This document shows positions 33,570 through 44,795 of a stretch of 64,000 bases of DNA, piece after piece. This DNA is from an uncultured Actinomycetota bacterium (GTDB lineage Bacteria > Actinomycetota > Actinomycetes > Propionibacteriales > Nocardioidaceae), in assembly GCA_963707685.1 (NCBI GenBank), contig CAVPRA010000008.1, positions 74,963-138,962 of the forward strand, given 5' to 3'. The notes below the pieces were generated by a model. That model did not search any database. It had not been told where the DNA came from and saw only the letters and a program-made list of their open reading frames with translations. The first letter of the stretch is position 1, and each line of letters starts with the position of its first letter. A program made the translations under genes and the position numbers.

Positions 33570-36071
33570 ATGTCCTCCCTCCTCGACCGTCTCCCCGGCG
33601 ATGCCGCTGCGGACCCCGACGCGCTGTTCGAGGCGTTCGAGGCCTGGGTCGGCGAGCAGGGGCTGACGCTCTACCCCGCGCAGGAGGAGGCGCTGGTCGA
33701 GGTCGTCACCGGGTCGAACGTGATCTTGTCGACGCCCACCGGCACCGGGAAGAGCCTGGTCGCGACGGGCGCCCACTTCGTGGCCCTCGCCCAGGGGCGA
33801 CGCACGTTCTACACCGCGCCGATCAAGGCGCTGGTCTCCGAGAAGTTCTTCGCGCTGATCGCCGTGTTCGGCGCCGACAACGTCGGCATGCTGACCGGTG
33901 ACGCCGCCGTCAACGCGCAGGCACCGATCGTCTGCTGCACCGCCGAGGTGCTGGCCAACATCGCGCTGCGCGAGGGCGCGGACGCCGACATCGGCCAGGT
34001 CGTGATGGACGAGTTCCACTTCTACGCCGAGCCCGACCGCGGCTGGGCCTGGCAGGTGCCGCTGCTCGAGCTGCCGAAGGCGCAGTTCCTGCTGATGTCC
34101 GCGACGCTCGGGGACGTCACCCGGTTCGAGGCCGACCTGACGCGTCGTACCGGGCGGCCGACGGCGGTGGTCAGCTCGGCGAGCCGTCCGGTGCCGCTGA
34201 CCTACCAGTGGGCGCTGACGCCGCTGCACGAGACGCTCGAGGAGCTGCTGGAGACCCACCAGGCGCCGGTGTACGTCGTGCACTTCACCCAGGCCGCCGC
34301 GCTGGAGCGCGCGCAGGCCCTCACCAGCATCAACGTCTGCTCGCGCGAGGAGCGCGACCGGATCGCGGAGCTGATCGGCGGCTTCCGGTTCAGCCCGGGC
34401 TTCGGCAAGACGCTGTCGCGGCTGGTGCGGCACGGCATCGGCGTCCACCACGCCGGCATGCTCCCGAAGTACCGCCGGCTCGTCGAGCAGCTCGCGCAGG
34501 CCGGGCTGCTCAAGGTCATCTGCGGCACCGACACCCTCGGCGTCGGCATCAACGTCCCGATCCGCACCGTGGTGTTCACCGGGCTCTCGAAGTACGACGG
34601 TCGCCGGCAGCGGCTGCTCAAGGCGCGGGAGTTCCACCAGATCGCGGGACGGGCCGGGCGCGCGGGCTTCGACACCGCCGGGACCGTCGTCGTGCAGGCG
34701 CCGGACTACGCCGTCGAGAACCACCGGCTGGTGCAGAAGGCCGGCGACGACCCCAAGAAGCTCAAGCGGGTGCAGCGCAAGAAGGCGCCCGAGGGGCAGG
34801 TGAACTGGACCGAGGACACGTTCGACCGGCTGGTCGCGGCCGAGCCCGAGGCGCTGGTGTCCCGGATGCGGGTCAGCCACGCGATGCTGCTCAACGTGAT
34901 CGCCCGCGAGGGCGACCCGTTCGCGGCGATGCGGCGGCTGCTGCGCGACAACCACGAGGACTCCCGCGCGCAGGTGCGGCTGGTCCGTCGTGCGGTCGCG
35001 CAGCTGCGGGCGCTGCTCGCCGCCGGCGTGGTCGAGCGCGTCGACCCGGCGGGCCAGGACGGCCGCACCTACCGGCTCGTCGAGGACCTGCAGCTCGGGT
35101 TCGCGCTGAACCAGCCGCTGTCGACGTACGCCCTCGGGGTCTTCGACGTGCTCGACCCGGAGGAGCCGACGTACCCCCTCGACGTGGTGTCCGTCGTCGA
35201 GGCCACGCTCGAGGACCCGCGCCCGGTGCTCGGCGCGCAGGAGCACAAGGCGCGTGGCGAGGCGATCGGCGAGATGAAGGCCGACGGCATCGAGTACGAC
35301 GAGCGCATGGAGCTGCTCGACGAGGTGTCGTGGCCCAAGCCGCTGCAGGAGCTGCTCGAGCACACCTACGAGGTGTACCGCGGCAGTCACCCCTGGGTCT
35401 CGGAGGACGCACTGTCGCCCAAGTCGGTGGTGCGCGACATGTACGAGCGGGCGATGACGTTCGCGGAGTACGTCGCGTTCTACGGCCTCGCCCGCTCCGA
35501 GGGGCTGCTGCTGCGCTACCTCGGGGACGTCTACCGCGAGCTGCGGCAGACCGTCCCCGACCGGGTCCGCACCGACGAGCTCGACGACATCACCGAGTGG
35601 CTCGGCGCCGTGGTCCGGCAGACCGACTCGAGCCTGCTCGACGAGTGGGAGCAGCTCAGCGACCCCACCCGCGCCGTCACGCCCGACGTCGCGCCGCCGG
35701 AGCCGGAGAACATCACCGCCAACGAGCGCGCGTTCACGGTGCTGGTGCGCAACGCGTTGTTCCGCCGGGTGGAGCTGGCGGCGCTGCGGCGGGCCGACGA
35801 CCTCGCCGCGCTCGACGAGACGTCGGCCGACGACTGGCGCGCCTCGCTGGACGCCTACTTCGCCGAGCACGAAGCCATCGACACCGGCCCCGACGCCCGG
35901 GGTCCGCGGATGCTGGTCATCGAGAAGGACGGCCGCAGCTGGCAGGTGCAGCAGATCCTCGGCGACCCCGCGGGCGACCACGACTGGCGGATCGTCGCGA
36001 GCGTCGACCTCGACGCGTCGGACGACGAGGGCGAGCTGGTCATGGAGGTCGTCGGCCTCGTGCAGCTCTGA
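33570..36071 (+). CDS. Ski2/HelY-like DEAD/DEAH helicase with DUF3516 C-terminus
   Basis: TPTGTGKS, MDEFH, MSAT, HHAG, QIAGRAGR. Confidence 0.92.
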   Translation: MSSLLDRLPGDAAADPDALFEAFEAWVGEQGLTLYPAQEEALVEVVTGSNVILSTPTGTGKSLVATGAHFVALAQGRRTFYTAPIKALVSEKFFALIAVFGADNVGMLTGDAAVNAQAPIVCCTAEVLANIALREGADADIGQVVMDEFHFYAEPDRGWAWQVPLLELPKAQFLLMSATLGDVTRFEADLTRRTGRPTAVVSSASRPVPLTYQWALTPLHETLEELLETHQAPVYVVHFTQAAALERAQALTSINVCSREERDRIAELIGGFRFSPGFGKTLSRLVRHGIGVHHAGMLPKYRRLVEQLAQAGLLKVICGTDTLGVGINVPIRTVVFTGLSKYDGRRQRLLKAREFHQIAGRAGRAGFDTAGTVVVQAPDYAVENHRLVQKAGDDPKKLKRVQRKKAPEGQVNWTEDTFDRLVAAEPEALVSRMRVSHAMLLNVIAREGDPFAAMRRLLRDNHEDSRAQVRLVRRAVAQLRALLAAGVVERVDPAGQDGRTYRLVEDLQLGFALNQPLSTYALGVFDVLDPEEPTYPLDVVSVVEATLEDPRPVLGAQEHKARGEAIGEMKADGIEYDERMELLDEVSWPKPLQELLEHTYEVYRGSHPWVSEDALSPKSVVRDMYERAMTFAEYVAFYGLARSEGLLLRYLGDVYRELRQTVPDRVRTDELDDITEWLGAVVRQTDSSLLDEWEQLSDPTRAVTPDVAPPEPENITANERAFTVLVRNALFRRVELAALRRADDLAALDETSADDWRASLDAYFAEHEAIDTGPDARGPRMLVIEKDGRSWQVQQILGDPAGDHDWRIVASVDLDASDDEGELVMEVVGLVQL

Positions 36072-36075
36072 GCGG

Positions 36076-36462
36076 CTAGCGCTCGCCCAGCCGCCGCAGC
36101 ACCTCGACCGCTCGTGCGACGTCCCCGACGGGCACCAGCAGGTGGTCGTGGAACGCGCCGGCCAGCACGTTGCAGCTGATGCCGGCGTCGCCCAGCGCCG
36201 TGGCGAACGCGGCGGTGAGGCCGACCGCCTCGAGCGAGGAGTGCACGGTCAGCGTGATCCAGCCCGCGACGTAGTCGTAGCCCAGCCCGGCCGCGTCGGC
36301 GGTCTCGCGACGCAGCACGACGGTGACGCCCTCGTCCTCGCGGATGGTCGCCTCCGCAGGGAGGTCGCCGACGTCGGGCAGCGACACGACGACGAACTCG
36401 CCGTCGCGCACGACCGGAGCCATCGAGCGCAGCAGCTCGTCGAGGTCGGTGAGGCCAGCCAC
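36076..36462 (-). CDS. ACT-domain (DUF2241-like) protein
   Basis: EDEGVT, VHSSLEAVGLTA, ISCNV, HDHL. Confidence 0.85.
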   Translation of the reverse strand: MAGLTDLDELLRSMAPVVRDGEFVVVSLPDVGDLPAEATIREDEGVTVVLRRETADAAGLGYDYVAGWITLTVHSSLEAVGLTAAFATALGDAGISCNVLAGAFHDHLLVPVGDVARAVEVLRRLGER

Positions 36463-36477
36463 GGCAGGGATTCTTCC

Positions 36478-37323
36478 CTACGCGTCGCGGAGCGCCTCGT
36501 CGACGACCTGCAGGTCGTCGGTGATCAGCGCCTTCCACAGCGCCCACCCGCGGGCCCGCGCCCAGGTGCCCGCGTCCTGGTCGACGGCGTCGCGGAAGGC
36601 CGCGCGCCCCTCGCCGGAGAAGAAGGTCCACGCGACGACCAGGTCGCAGGCCGGGTCGCCGACACCGGACGTGCCGAAGTCGATCACCGCCGACAGCACG
36701 CCGTCGCGCACCAGCAGGTTGCCGTCCGCGATGTCGCCGTGGAACCAGACCGGCGACCCGGTCGACGTCGCGGCGAGCGCGTCGTCCCAGACCGCCGTGG
36801 CCCGGTCGGCGTCGACGCGTCCGTCGAGGCGTGCGACCGCGGCGCGCGTCTCGTCGTCGTAGTGCCCGGGCGGGCAGCCGCGGAAGAAGCTGTGCGCTCC
36901 CGCACGAGGGCCCTCGTTCGCCTCGACCGACCACAGCGCCCGCAGGAACGCCGCGAGGTCCTCGGCGAACCGCACCGGGTCCTGGATCCGGTCCGCCCGC
37001 GCCGTGTCACCGGGCAGCCACCGGCGCACCGACCACCGGTGCGGGTACTCGTCGGTCGGCTCGCCGAGCGCCACCGGCTCGGGCACCGGTAGCGGCACGT
37101 GCGGTGCGAGGACCGGCAGCCAGCGGTCCTCCTTCTCGACCGCCGGCGCGTAGCCCGCCGCCGTCGGCAGCCGCACCGTCAGGTCGTCGCCGAGCCGGTA
37201 GGTCCGGTTGTCCCAGCCGTCGACCGCGACCGGCGTGACCGGCAGGTCCGCCCACTGCGGCTGCTGCGCCGCGAGCAGCCGTCGCACCAGCGCCGCGTCG
37301 ATGCCTGCCCGTCCGTCCGTCAC
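36478..37323 (-). CDS. Aminoglycoside-phosphotransferase-like kinase
   Basis: GWDNRTYRLG, HGDIADGN, IDFG, GDPACD. Confidence 0.9.
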   Translation of the reverse strand: MTDGRAGIDAALVRRLLAAQQPQWADLPVTPVAVDGWDNRTYRLGDDLTVRLPTAAGYAPAVEKEDRWLPVLAPHVPLPVPEPVALGEPTDEYPHRWSVRRWLPGDTARADRIQDPVRFAEDLAAFLRALWSVEANEGPRAGAHSFFRGCPPGHYDDETRAAVARLDGRVDADRATAVWDDALAATSTGSPVWFHGDIADGNLLVRDGVLSAVIDFGTSGVGDPACDLVVAWTFFSGEGRAAFRDAVDQDAGTWARARGWALWKALITDDLQVVDEALRDA

Positions 37324-37400
37324 GTGCCCCTTGATCTCATCCGGAGGAGCCGGTCGCAACAGGTTTCCGCAGGGCCTCGACCGGCGCCGGGTCGGGCACG

Positions 37401-38594
37401 TCAGACGAAGGCGCTCTCGCCGGTGATCGCACGCCCGACGATCAGCGTGTTGATCTCGCGGGTGCCTTCGTAGGAGTAGATCGCCTCGGCGTCGGCGACG
37501 AACCGGCCGACGTGGTGCTCGAGCAGGATGCCGTTGCCGCCGAGCACCTCGCGGGCGTAGCCGACGGTCTCGCGCATCCGGGCGGTCGTGAACGCCTTGG
37601 CCAGCGAGGCGTGCTCGTCGCGCAGGGTGCCGGCGTCCTGCAGCTGCGAGACCCGCACGCACATCGCGGTGGACGCGACGACGTTGGCCAGCATCTGCAC
37701 CAGCAGGTCCTGCACCATCTGGAAGCCGGCGATCGGCTTGCCGAACTGCTCGCGGCCCTGGGTGTAGCGCAGCGCGTGCTCGTAGGCGCCGCGGGCGCAG
37801 CCGGTGGCCTGCCAGGCGACGCCCATGCGCGTCACCTTCAGCACCTTCGAGGTGTCCTCGAACGAGCTCGCGTTCGCCAGCCGGTTCGCCTCCGGCACGC
37901 GTACGCCGGCCAGGTGGATCTCGGCGTTCTGCACGACCCGCAGCGCGATCTTGTCGCGCTGCACGTCGAAGGTCATGCCCTCGGTGCCCTTCTCGACGAC
38001 GAAGCCCTTCACCTGGTCGTCCTCGACGTCGCGCGCCCAGATCACCACGAGGTCCGCGAAGGACGCGTTGCCGATCCACTTCTTCTCGCCGTCGAGCACC
38101 CACTCGTCGCCGTCGCGCCGGGCGGTCGTCGACAGCCCGCCGGCGATGCCCGACCCGGTGTCCGGCTCGGTCAGCCCGAAGGCGCCGATCAGCTCCATCC
38201 GCGCCATCGCGGGCAGCCACCGCTGCTTCTGCTCGTCCGAGCCGCAGATGTCGACCGAGCCCATCGCCAGCCCGCCGTGGACGCCCATGAAGGTCTGCAT
38301 CGACGGGTCGACGCGGGCCATCTCCATGGCCATCATCCCGTCGAACAGGCTGCTGCGGCCGGGGCAGCCCGGGCCGTCGTACTGCAGGCCGGCGATGCCG
38401 AGCTCGGCGATGCCGGGGACCAGCTCGTGGGGGAACTCGGCGCGGGTCCAGTAGTCGTTGATGACCGGCTCGACCGCCTGGATCATGAACCGGCGCGTGG
38501 CGTCGAGCAGCTTGCGGTCGTCCTCGTCGAGCAGCATCTCGAAGCCGAGGAAGTCGGAGTCGTCGGTGTCGGCGAGGCGGAAGTCGTCGCTCAT
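37401..38594 (-). CDS. Acyl-CoA dehydrogenase (glutaryl-CoA DH-like)
   Basis: AFGLTEPDTGS, GEKKWIGN, REQFGKPI, GGNG, YEGT. Confidence 0.93.
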   Translation of the reverse strand: MSDDFRLADTDDSDFLGFEMLLDEDDRKLLDATRRFMIQAVEPVINDYWTRAEFPHELVPGIAELGIAGLQYDGPGCPGRSSLFDGMMAMEMARVDPSMQTFMGVHGGLAMGSVDICGSDEQKQRWLPAMARMELIGAFGLTEPDTGSGIAGGLSTTARRDGDEWVLDGEKKWIGNASFADLVVIWARDVEDDQVKGFVVEKGTEGMTFDVQRDKIALRVVQNAEIHLAGVRVPEANRLANASSFEDTSKVLKVTRMGVAWQATGCARGAYEHALRYTQGREQFGKPIAGFQMVQDLLVQMLANVVASTAMCVRVSQLQDAGTLRDEHASLAKAFTTARMRETVGYAREVLGGNGILLEHHVGRFVADAEAIYSYEGTREINTLIVGRAITGESAFV

Positions 38595-39442
38595 GCGGGG
38601 GCTCCTGGGGGTGCGGGGTCGTCGAGGAACTGCTCGAGGACGGGTGCCAGCTCGTCGCTCTCGGTCAGGATGCCCAGGTGCCCGCCGTGGTAGACGTGCA
38701 GCTGCGCGCGGGGGATCAGCCGGGCCAGCACCTTGGCGTTGACGAGCGGGATGATCGGGTCGTCGTCGCCGCCCATCACCAGCACCGGCTGGGTCAGGAA
38801 GCGCAGGAACGGCAGGCTCGACCAGCCGGTGGTGGCCGCCAGCTGGTAGTAGTAGCCGCGCCGCGGTCCGGCGCGCGTGGTCGCGTGCAGCAGGTGCGCG
38901 GCGTGGCGGGGGTCGCTGCGCAGCGTCCCGCCGTAGATGTCGGCGGCGATCCGGGCGGCGTACTCCGGGTCGCGGTGCCGGCGCGGCGTCAGCATCTTCG
39001 CCAGCACGCTCGGGTGCGCCGGGACCATCAGCGAGCCGGTGCCGGTGGCCACCAGCACCACGCGCCGGACCCGGCGGCGCGACTGCACCGCGAGCTGCTG
39101 GGCGAGCCCGCCGCCCCACGACAGCCCGAGGACGTCGAACTCGCGGTGACCGAGCCGGTCGACCAGCGCGGTGACCCACGAGGACAGCCCGGGCAGCCAG
39201 TACGGCACCGGCGGCAGCGGCGACCCGCCCACCCCTGGTACGTCGAACCGGATCACGCCGCGGTCGGGGTGCAGCGAGTCGACCAGCGGCTGCAGCGCCT
39301 CGAGGCTCGCGCCGATGCCGTTGCACAGCAGCAGCGGCGGCCGGTCGGCGTGCTCGCCGCGGCCCGGCCGCACGCTGACCCGGGCGGTGACGCCCCGCAC
39401 CGCGACGGTGCGGAGCCGGTCGCGCTCAGCGGTCGAGGACAT
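38591..39442 (-). CDS. phaZ: Intracellular poly(3-hydroxyalkanoate) depolymerase
   Basis: NGIGASLE, FDVPGVGGS, GLSWGGGLAQQ, DDPIIPLVN; adjacent to phaC. Confidence 0.85.
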   Translation of the reverse strand: MSSTAERDRLRTVAVRGVTARVSVRPGRGEHADRPPLLLCNGIGASLEALQPLVDSLHPDRGVIRFDVPGVGGSPLPPVPYWLPGLSSWVTALVDRLGHREFDVLGLSWGGGLAQQLAVQSRRRVRRVVLVATGTGSLMVPAHPSVLAKMLTPRRHRDPEYAARIAADIYGGTLRSDPRHAAHLLHATTRAGPRRGYYYQLAATTGWSSLPFLRFLTQPVLVMGGDDDPIIPLVNAKVLARLIPRAQLHVYHGGHLGILTESDELAPVLEQFLDDPAPPGAPA

Positions 39443-41127
39443 AGGTGCCCGGGGCGTCGCACAGCGGCTCGAACGCCGCCGAGCCGAGCCGGCGCGGCTT
39501 GTTGCGCTCGGGGCCGGTGCGGGCGGCGAGCCACTCGACGTAGTCGTCCCACCAGCTGCCCTTGACCTTCGACGCCGACGCGAGCCAGTCCGCCGGGTCC
39601 TCGGGGTTGCTTCTCGCGGTCTGGAAGCTGGCCTTGGGGTTGCCGGGCGGGTTCACCATCGACGCGATGTGACCGCTGGTGGACAGCACGAACTTCGTGT
39701 CGCCGCCGAGCAGCTGCGTGGTGGCGTAGCACGACTCCCACTTGCACAGGTGGTCGGCGATGCCGGCCACGACGTAGGAGTCGGTGTCCACCTTGCCGAG
39801 GTCGAGGTCGGTGCCGAGCATCCGCGAGCCACCGGGCTCGGTCAGGCCGTTGGAGATCGCGAGCTCCATGAAGTCACGGTGCATCGCCGCCGACATCCGC
39901 ACCGGGTCGGCGTTCCAGTAGAGGATGTCGAACGCCTTCGGGGCGTGGCCGAGCAGGTAGTTGTTGACCCAGTAGTTCCAGATCAGGTCGTTGGGCCGCA
40001 GCCACGCGAACACCTCGGCCAGCATCCGGCCGTCGAGGTAGCCCTTCTCCTGCGAGAGCTTCACCGACGCCGCGGCCGCCTTGCGCGACAGCAGCGCGCT
40101 CGGCAGGCCGGCCTGCTCCTGGTCCAGCACCGTCACCGCCAGGCTGAACGCCGCCACCCGGCCGAGGTCGCCGGTGGCGGCCAGGTGCGCGAGCACCATC
40201 GAGCTGAGCATGCCGCCGGAGCAGATGCCGAGCAGCGCGACCTGCTCGGTGCGGGCGATCTTCTGGGCGGTGTCCATCGCCTCGATGATCGCCTGGCCGT
40301 AGCTGTCCACGCCCCAGTCGGCGTGCCGGCTGTCGGGGTTGCGCCACGAGATGCAGTAGACCTGCTGGCCGTTCGCGACGAGGTGCTCGACCAGGCTGCG
40401 CTGCTCGGCCAGGTCGATGACGTAGTACTTGTTGATCGTCGGCGGCACGATGAGCAGCGGGACGGTGCGCACCTTCGCGGTCTGCGGGGTGTACTGGATC
40501 AGCTCGAACATCTCGGTGCGCAGCACCACCTCGCCCGGCGTCACCGCGATGTCGGTGCCGACCTCGAAGGCGTCCGGCTCCACCATCGACGGCACTCGCG
40601 GCGCGGTGGCGAAGTCGCGGACGAAGCGACGGCTGCCCTCGACGAGGTTGCCGCCGCCGGTGTCGATGATCCGCTTGAGCACCTTGGGGTTGATGAACGG
40701 GTTGTTGCTCGGTGCGGAGGCCTCGACGAGGTTGTCGACGATGAAGCCCATCCGCTGGTCGTCGCCCCAGTCGAGGTCGGCGTCGTCGACCAGCCCGCGG
40801 GCGGTCTCGCCGACCGCGAGGTAGGACTGCAGCGTGCGGCGCAGCACGGGGTTGCGCGACCAGCCCTCCTCGGTGAACCGGCGGTCCTTCTCGTGCGGTG
40901 CGAGCTCGGAGCGGCCGAGGCCGACCTTCGCGAGCTCGGCGGCCAGCTTGCCGGTCCGGCCGACCACCCGGCCCGGGTGCCGGGCGAGGCCGGTGGTGAA
41001 CCGCACGCCGGACATGCCCGGCAGGAACCGGCGCACCGGGCTGCGGGCGGCGTCGCTGAGCAGCAGGTCCAGGGGAGTCGCGGCGTCGGTCCCGTCGGTC
41101 TGCTCGTCCACCTGCTGCGGCGCTCAT
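39426..41127 (-). CDS. phaC: PHA synthase (class II-like); true start probably ATG 41127 with one indel, otherwise GTG 41111
   Basis: [22 protein letters not shown] catalytic Cys, [22 protein letters not shown]. Confidence 0.92.
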
Positions 41128-42623
41128 GACGCGTCGTCCGGGGCTTCGACCTCGCGGCGCAGGATCTTGCCGGTGGGTCCCTTGGGCAGCTCGTCGACGA
41201 TCCAGAGGTGGCGGGGGTACTTGTAGGCGGCGAGCCGCTCCTTGGCGAACGCGCGCAGGTCGTCCTCGCTGACCGACTCGCCCTTCTTCAGCGCGACGGC
41301 GGCGCCGACCTCCTCGCCGAGGCTGTCGTCCGGCACCCCGACGACCGCGACCTCCGCGACGGCGTCGTGCTCGTAGAGCGCCTCCTCGACCTCGCGGGGG
41401 TAGACGTTGTAGCCGCCGCGGATGATCAGGTCCTTCTTGCGGTCGACGATGAAGAAGTAGCCGTCCTCGTCCTGCTTGGCCATGTCGCCGGAGAGGAACC
41501 AGCCGTCCGGGATGGCCTCCTTGGTCGCGTCGTCGCGGCCCCAGTAGCCCTTCATGACGTTCTCGCCGCGGATGGCGATCTCGCCGACCTCGCCGTCGCC
41601 GACGTCCTTGCCGTCGTCGTCGACGAGCTTCATCTCCACGCCGCGCACCGGGACGCCGATCGAGCCCGGCTTGCGCTCGATGTCGGGGCGGTTGAACGAC
41701 GCGACCGGCGAGGTCTCGGACAGGCCGTAGCCCTCGAGCACGATGCAGCCGAAGGTCTCCTCGAAGCTCTTCATCACCTCGACGGGCATCGCGGAGCCGC
41801 CGGAGATGCAGGTGCGCAGGCTGGAGACGTCGTAGCTCTTCGCGTCGGGCGCGTGCAGCATGCCGGCGTACATCGTCGGGACGCCCTCGAAGACGGTCAC
41901 CTGGTCGCGGCCGACGACCTCGAGCGCCTTCTCGGCGTCGAAGCGCGGGATCAGCGTCAGGCACGCGCCCACGGTCACCGCGGCGTTGAGGCCGCAGGTG
42001 AGGCCGAAGCAGTGGAACAGCGGCAGGCAGCCCATCACGACGTCGTCGGGGGAGAGCTCGACGAGCGTCTCGGCGCTGACGAGCGCGTTGCTGGACAGGT
42101 TCGCGTGGGTGAGCTCGGCGCCCTTCGGCTGGCCGGTGGTGCCGGAGGTGTAGAGCAGCACGACGGTGTCGTCGTCCTCGCGGTCGGCGACGTCGTCGAC
42201 CGGCTCGTGCTGCGCGAGGAGCTCCAGGAAGCCGTCGGCCTCCACGGGGATGCAGTCGATGCCCACCTCGCCGGCGGCCTTGCCGGCCTCCTCGGCCATC
42301 GCCTCCCACGCGAACACCACGGAGGCGCCGGAGTCCTCGAGGTAGTACTTCACCTCGCGTGCCTTCAGCAGCGGGTTCATCGGCACGACGACCGCGCCGG
42401 CCGCCAGCGCGCCGTAGAACAGCACCGGGAACGGCGGCACGTTCGGGAGCACCAGGCCCACCCGGTCACCGGGCCCCACGCCGCGCGACTGCAGCAGCGC
42501 CGTCACCCGACGGGCGCCGTCCAGCAGCTCGTCGTAGCTGAGGACCAGGTCGTCCAGCCGGACGGCCGGCCGCTCGCCGTGCTCCTTCGCGGTGGTCGTC
42601 AGGTGGTGGGCCAGGTTCGTCAC
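41124..42623 (-). CDS. Long-chain fatty acid--CoA ligase
   Basis: [31 protein letters not shown]. Confidence 0.93.
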   Translation of the reverse strand: MTNLAHHLTTTAKEHGERPAVRLDDLVLSYDELLDGARRVTALLQSRGVGPGDRVGLVLPNVPPFPVLFYGALAAGAVVVPMNPLLKAREVKYYLEDSGASVVFAWEAMAEEAGKAAGEVGIDCIPVEADGFLELLAQHEPVDDVADREDDDTVVLLYTSGTTGQPKGAELTHANLSSNALVSAETLVELSPDDVVMGCLPLFHCFGLTCGLNAAVTVGACLTLIPRFDAEKALEVVGRDQVTVFEGVPTMYAGMLHAPDAKSYDVSSLRTCISGGSAMPVEVMKSFEETFGCIVLEGYGLSETSPVASFNRPDIERKPGSIGVPVRGVEMKLVDDDGKDVGDGEVGEIAIRGENVMKGYWGRDDATKEAIPDGWFLSGDMAKQDEDGYFFIVDRKKDLIIRGGYNVYPREVEEALYEHDAVAEVAVVGVPDDSLGEEVGAAVALKKGESVSEDDLRAFAKERLAAYKYPRHLWIVDELPKGPTGKILRREVEAPDDAS

Positions 42624-42736
42624 GTGCGCCTCCGGGTGGTGCGGTCGTCGGACCCAGGACCTCCTACCTACCCTGCCATGGTGCGCGCCACACGTCGAGG
42701 TGGAGTCTGCCCGCCGGCGGGAGCATGCTTGTCGCC

Positions 42737-44631
42737 ATGGCGTCGAAGAAGGCGAAGAGCCAGCAGCTGACCCAGCCGGTGCGGCACACCCGGTCCGTGC
42801 CCATCGGCGACTACGGCTTCCTCAGCGACGGCGAGGTCTCCGCGCTGCTCTCGCCGGGCGGCTCGGTCGACTGGATGTGCGTGCCGCGGTTCGACGCGCC
42901 GAGCGTCTTCGGCTCGATCCTCGGCCGGCACGCCGGCACCTTCCGGATCGCGCCGCTGGACGTGCTGGTGCCCGCGGACCGCCGCTACCTGCCCGGCACC
43001 GTGATCCTCGAGACCAGCTGGGGGACGCCGACCGGCTGGATGATCGTGCGCGACGCGCTGCTGATCGGACCGTGGCACCACCAGGAGGACCGGTCGCGCA
43101 CCTACCGCCGCACCCCGAACGACTACGAGGCCGAGCACATCTTCCTGCGCACCATCCGGTGCGTCTCCGGAGAGGTGCAGACGATCATGGACTGCGAGCC
43201 GGTGCTCGACTACGGCCGCGCGCCACGTCCGCTGGGACTACACCGGCGACAGCTACCACCAGGGCGAGGCGCGGACCGAGGGCTCCGACGTGCGCCTCGC
43301 TGCTGACCACGGACATGCGGCTCGGCTTCGAGGGCGGCCAGGCCAGCACCCGCACGCTGCTCAAGGAGGGCGACACCCGGTTCGTCGCGCTGTCGTGGGG
43401 CGGTGCGGTGCCGCCGTCGACGTACGCCGAGGCCTACCGGAAGCAGGTCTGGACGGCGCACCACTGGCAGCACTGGCTGGCCCGCGGCACGTTCCCCGAC
43501 CACCCGTGGCGCAGCTACCTGCAGCGCAGCGCGCTGACGCTGAAGGGGCTGACCTACTCGCCGACCGGCGCGGTGGTCGCGGCCGGCAGCGCGTCGCTGC
43601 CGGAGACGCCGGGCGGCAACCGCAACTACGACTACCGCTTCACCTGGATCCGCGACGCGACGTTCGCGCTGTGGGGGATGTACTCCCTCGGCTTCGACTG
43701 GGAGGCCATCGACTTCTTCTCGTTCATCGCCGACATCGCCGAGCGCGACGACCACCTGCAGATCATGTACGGCATCGGTGCCGAGCGGGACCTGGAGGAG
43801 TTCGAGCTCGACCACCTCCCCGGGTACGCCGGCTCGCGGCCGGTGCGCATCGGCAACGCGGCGTACGCCCAGCAGCAGCACGACGTGTGGGGCGCGCTGC
43901 TGGACTCGGTCTACCTGCACTCGAAGGCGGCCGACCACCTCGACAACCGGATCTGGCCGATCCTCGACAAGCAGGTCGGCGAGGCGCTCAAGCACTGGCG
44001 CGAGCCGGACGCCGGGATCTGGGAGGTCCGCGGCGAGCTGCGGCACTTCACCTCGTCCAAGATCATGTGCTGGGTCGCGGTCGACCGCGGCGCCGAGCTG
44101 GCCCGGATGACCGGGGAGGAGGCGAAGGCGGCCGAGTGGCGGCTGGCGGCCGACGAGATCAAGGAGGACATCCTCGCCAACGGCGTGGACCAGCGCGGCG
44201 TGCTGACGCAGTACTACGGCGGCACCGCCCTCGACGCGTCGCTGCTGCTCGCGCCGCTGGTGCGCTTCCTGCCCCCGGACGACCCCCGGATCCGGGCGAC
44301 GGTGATGGCGATCCGCGACGAGCTGACGGTCGACGGGCTGGTGCTGCGCTACAAGGTCGAGGAGACCGACGACGGGTTCGCGGGCGAGGAGGGCACCTTC
44401 ACGATCTGCTCGTTCTGGCTGGTCTCCGCGCTGTGCGAGATCGGCGAGCACAACAAGGCCCGCAAGCTCTGCGCGAAGCTGCTGTCCTTCGCCGGCCCGC
44501 TCGAGCTGTACGGCGAGGAGATCGACCCCCACAGCGGGCAGCACCTCGGCAACTTCCCGCAGGCGTTCACCCACCTGGCGCTGATCAACGCGGTGCTGCA
44601 CGTCATCCGGCTGGAAGAGGACCAGGCCTAG
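42737..44631 (+). CDS. Glycoside hydrolase family 15 (glucoamylase/trehalase-like), frameshifted near 43220-43300
   Basis: [35 protein letters not shown]. Confidence 0.92.
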
Positions 44632-44795
44632 TCGGCACCTCGCCCAGACCGCCCTCCTGGGCTATGGCAGACGGCTCCACGAGGCTGGAAGGGTAAAGGC
44701 TGCGGCGGTATCCGGTATCACCGCCGGTGGCACCGACTCCTTCTGGAGCACCGGAGCCACTCACTGGGGCACGGCCGACACACGGGGAGAACCAC

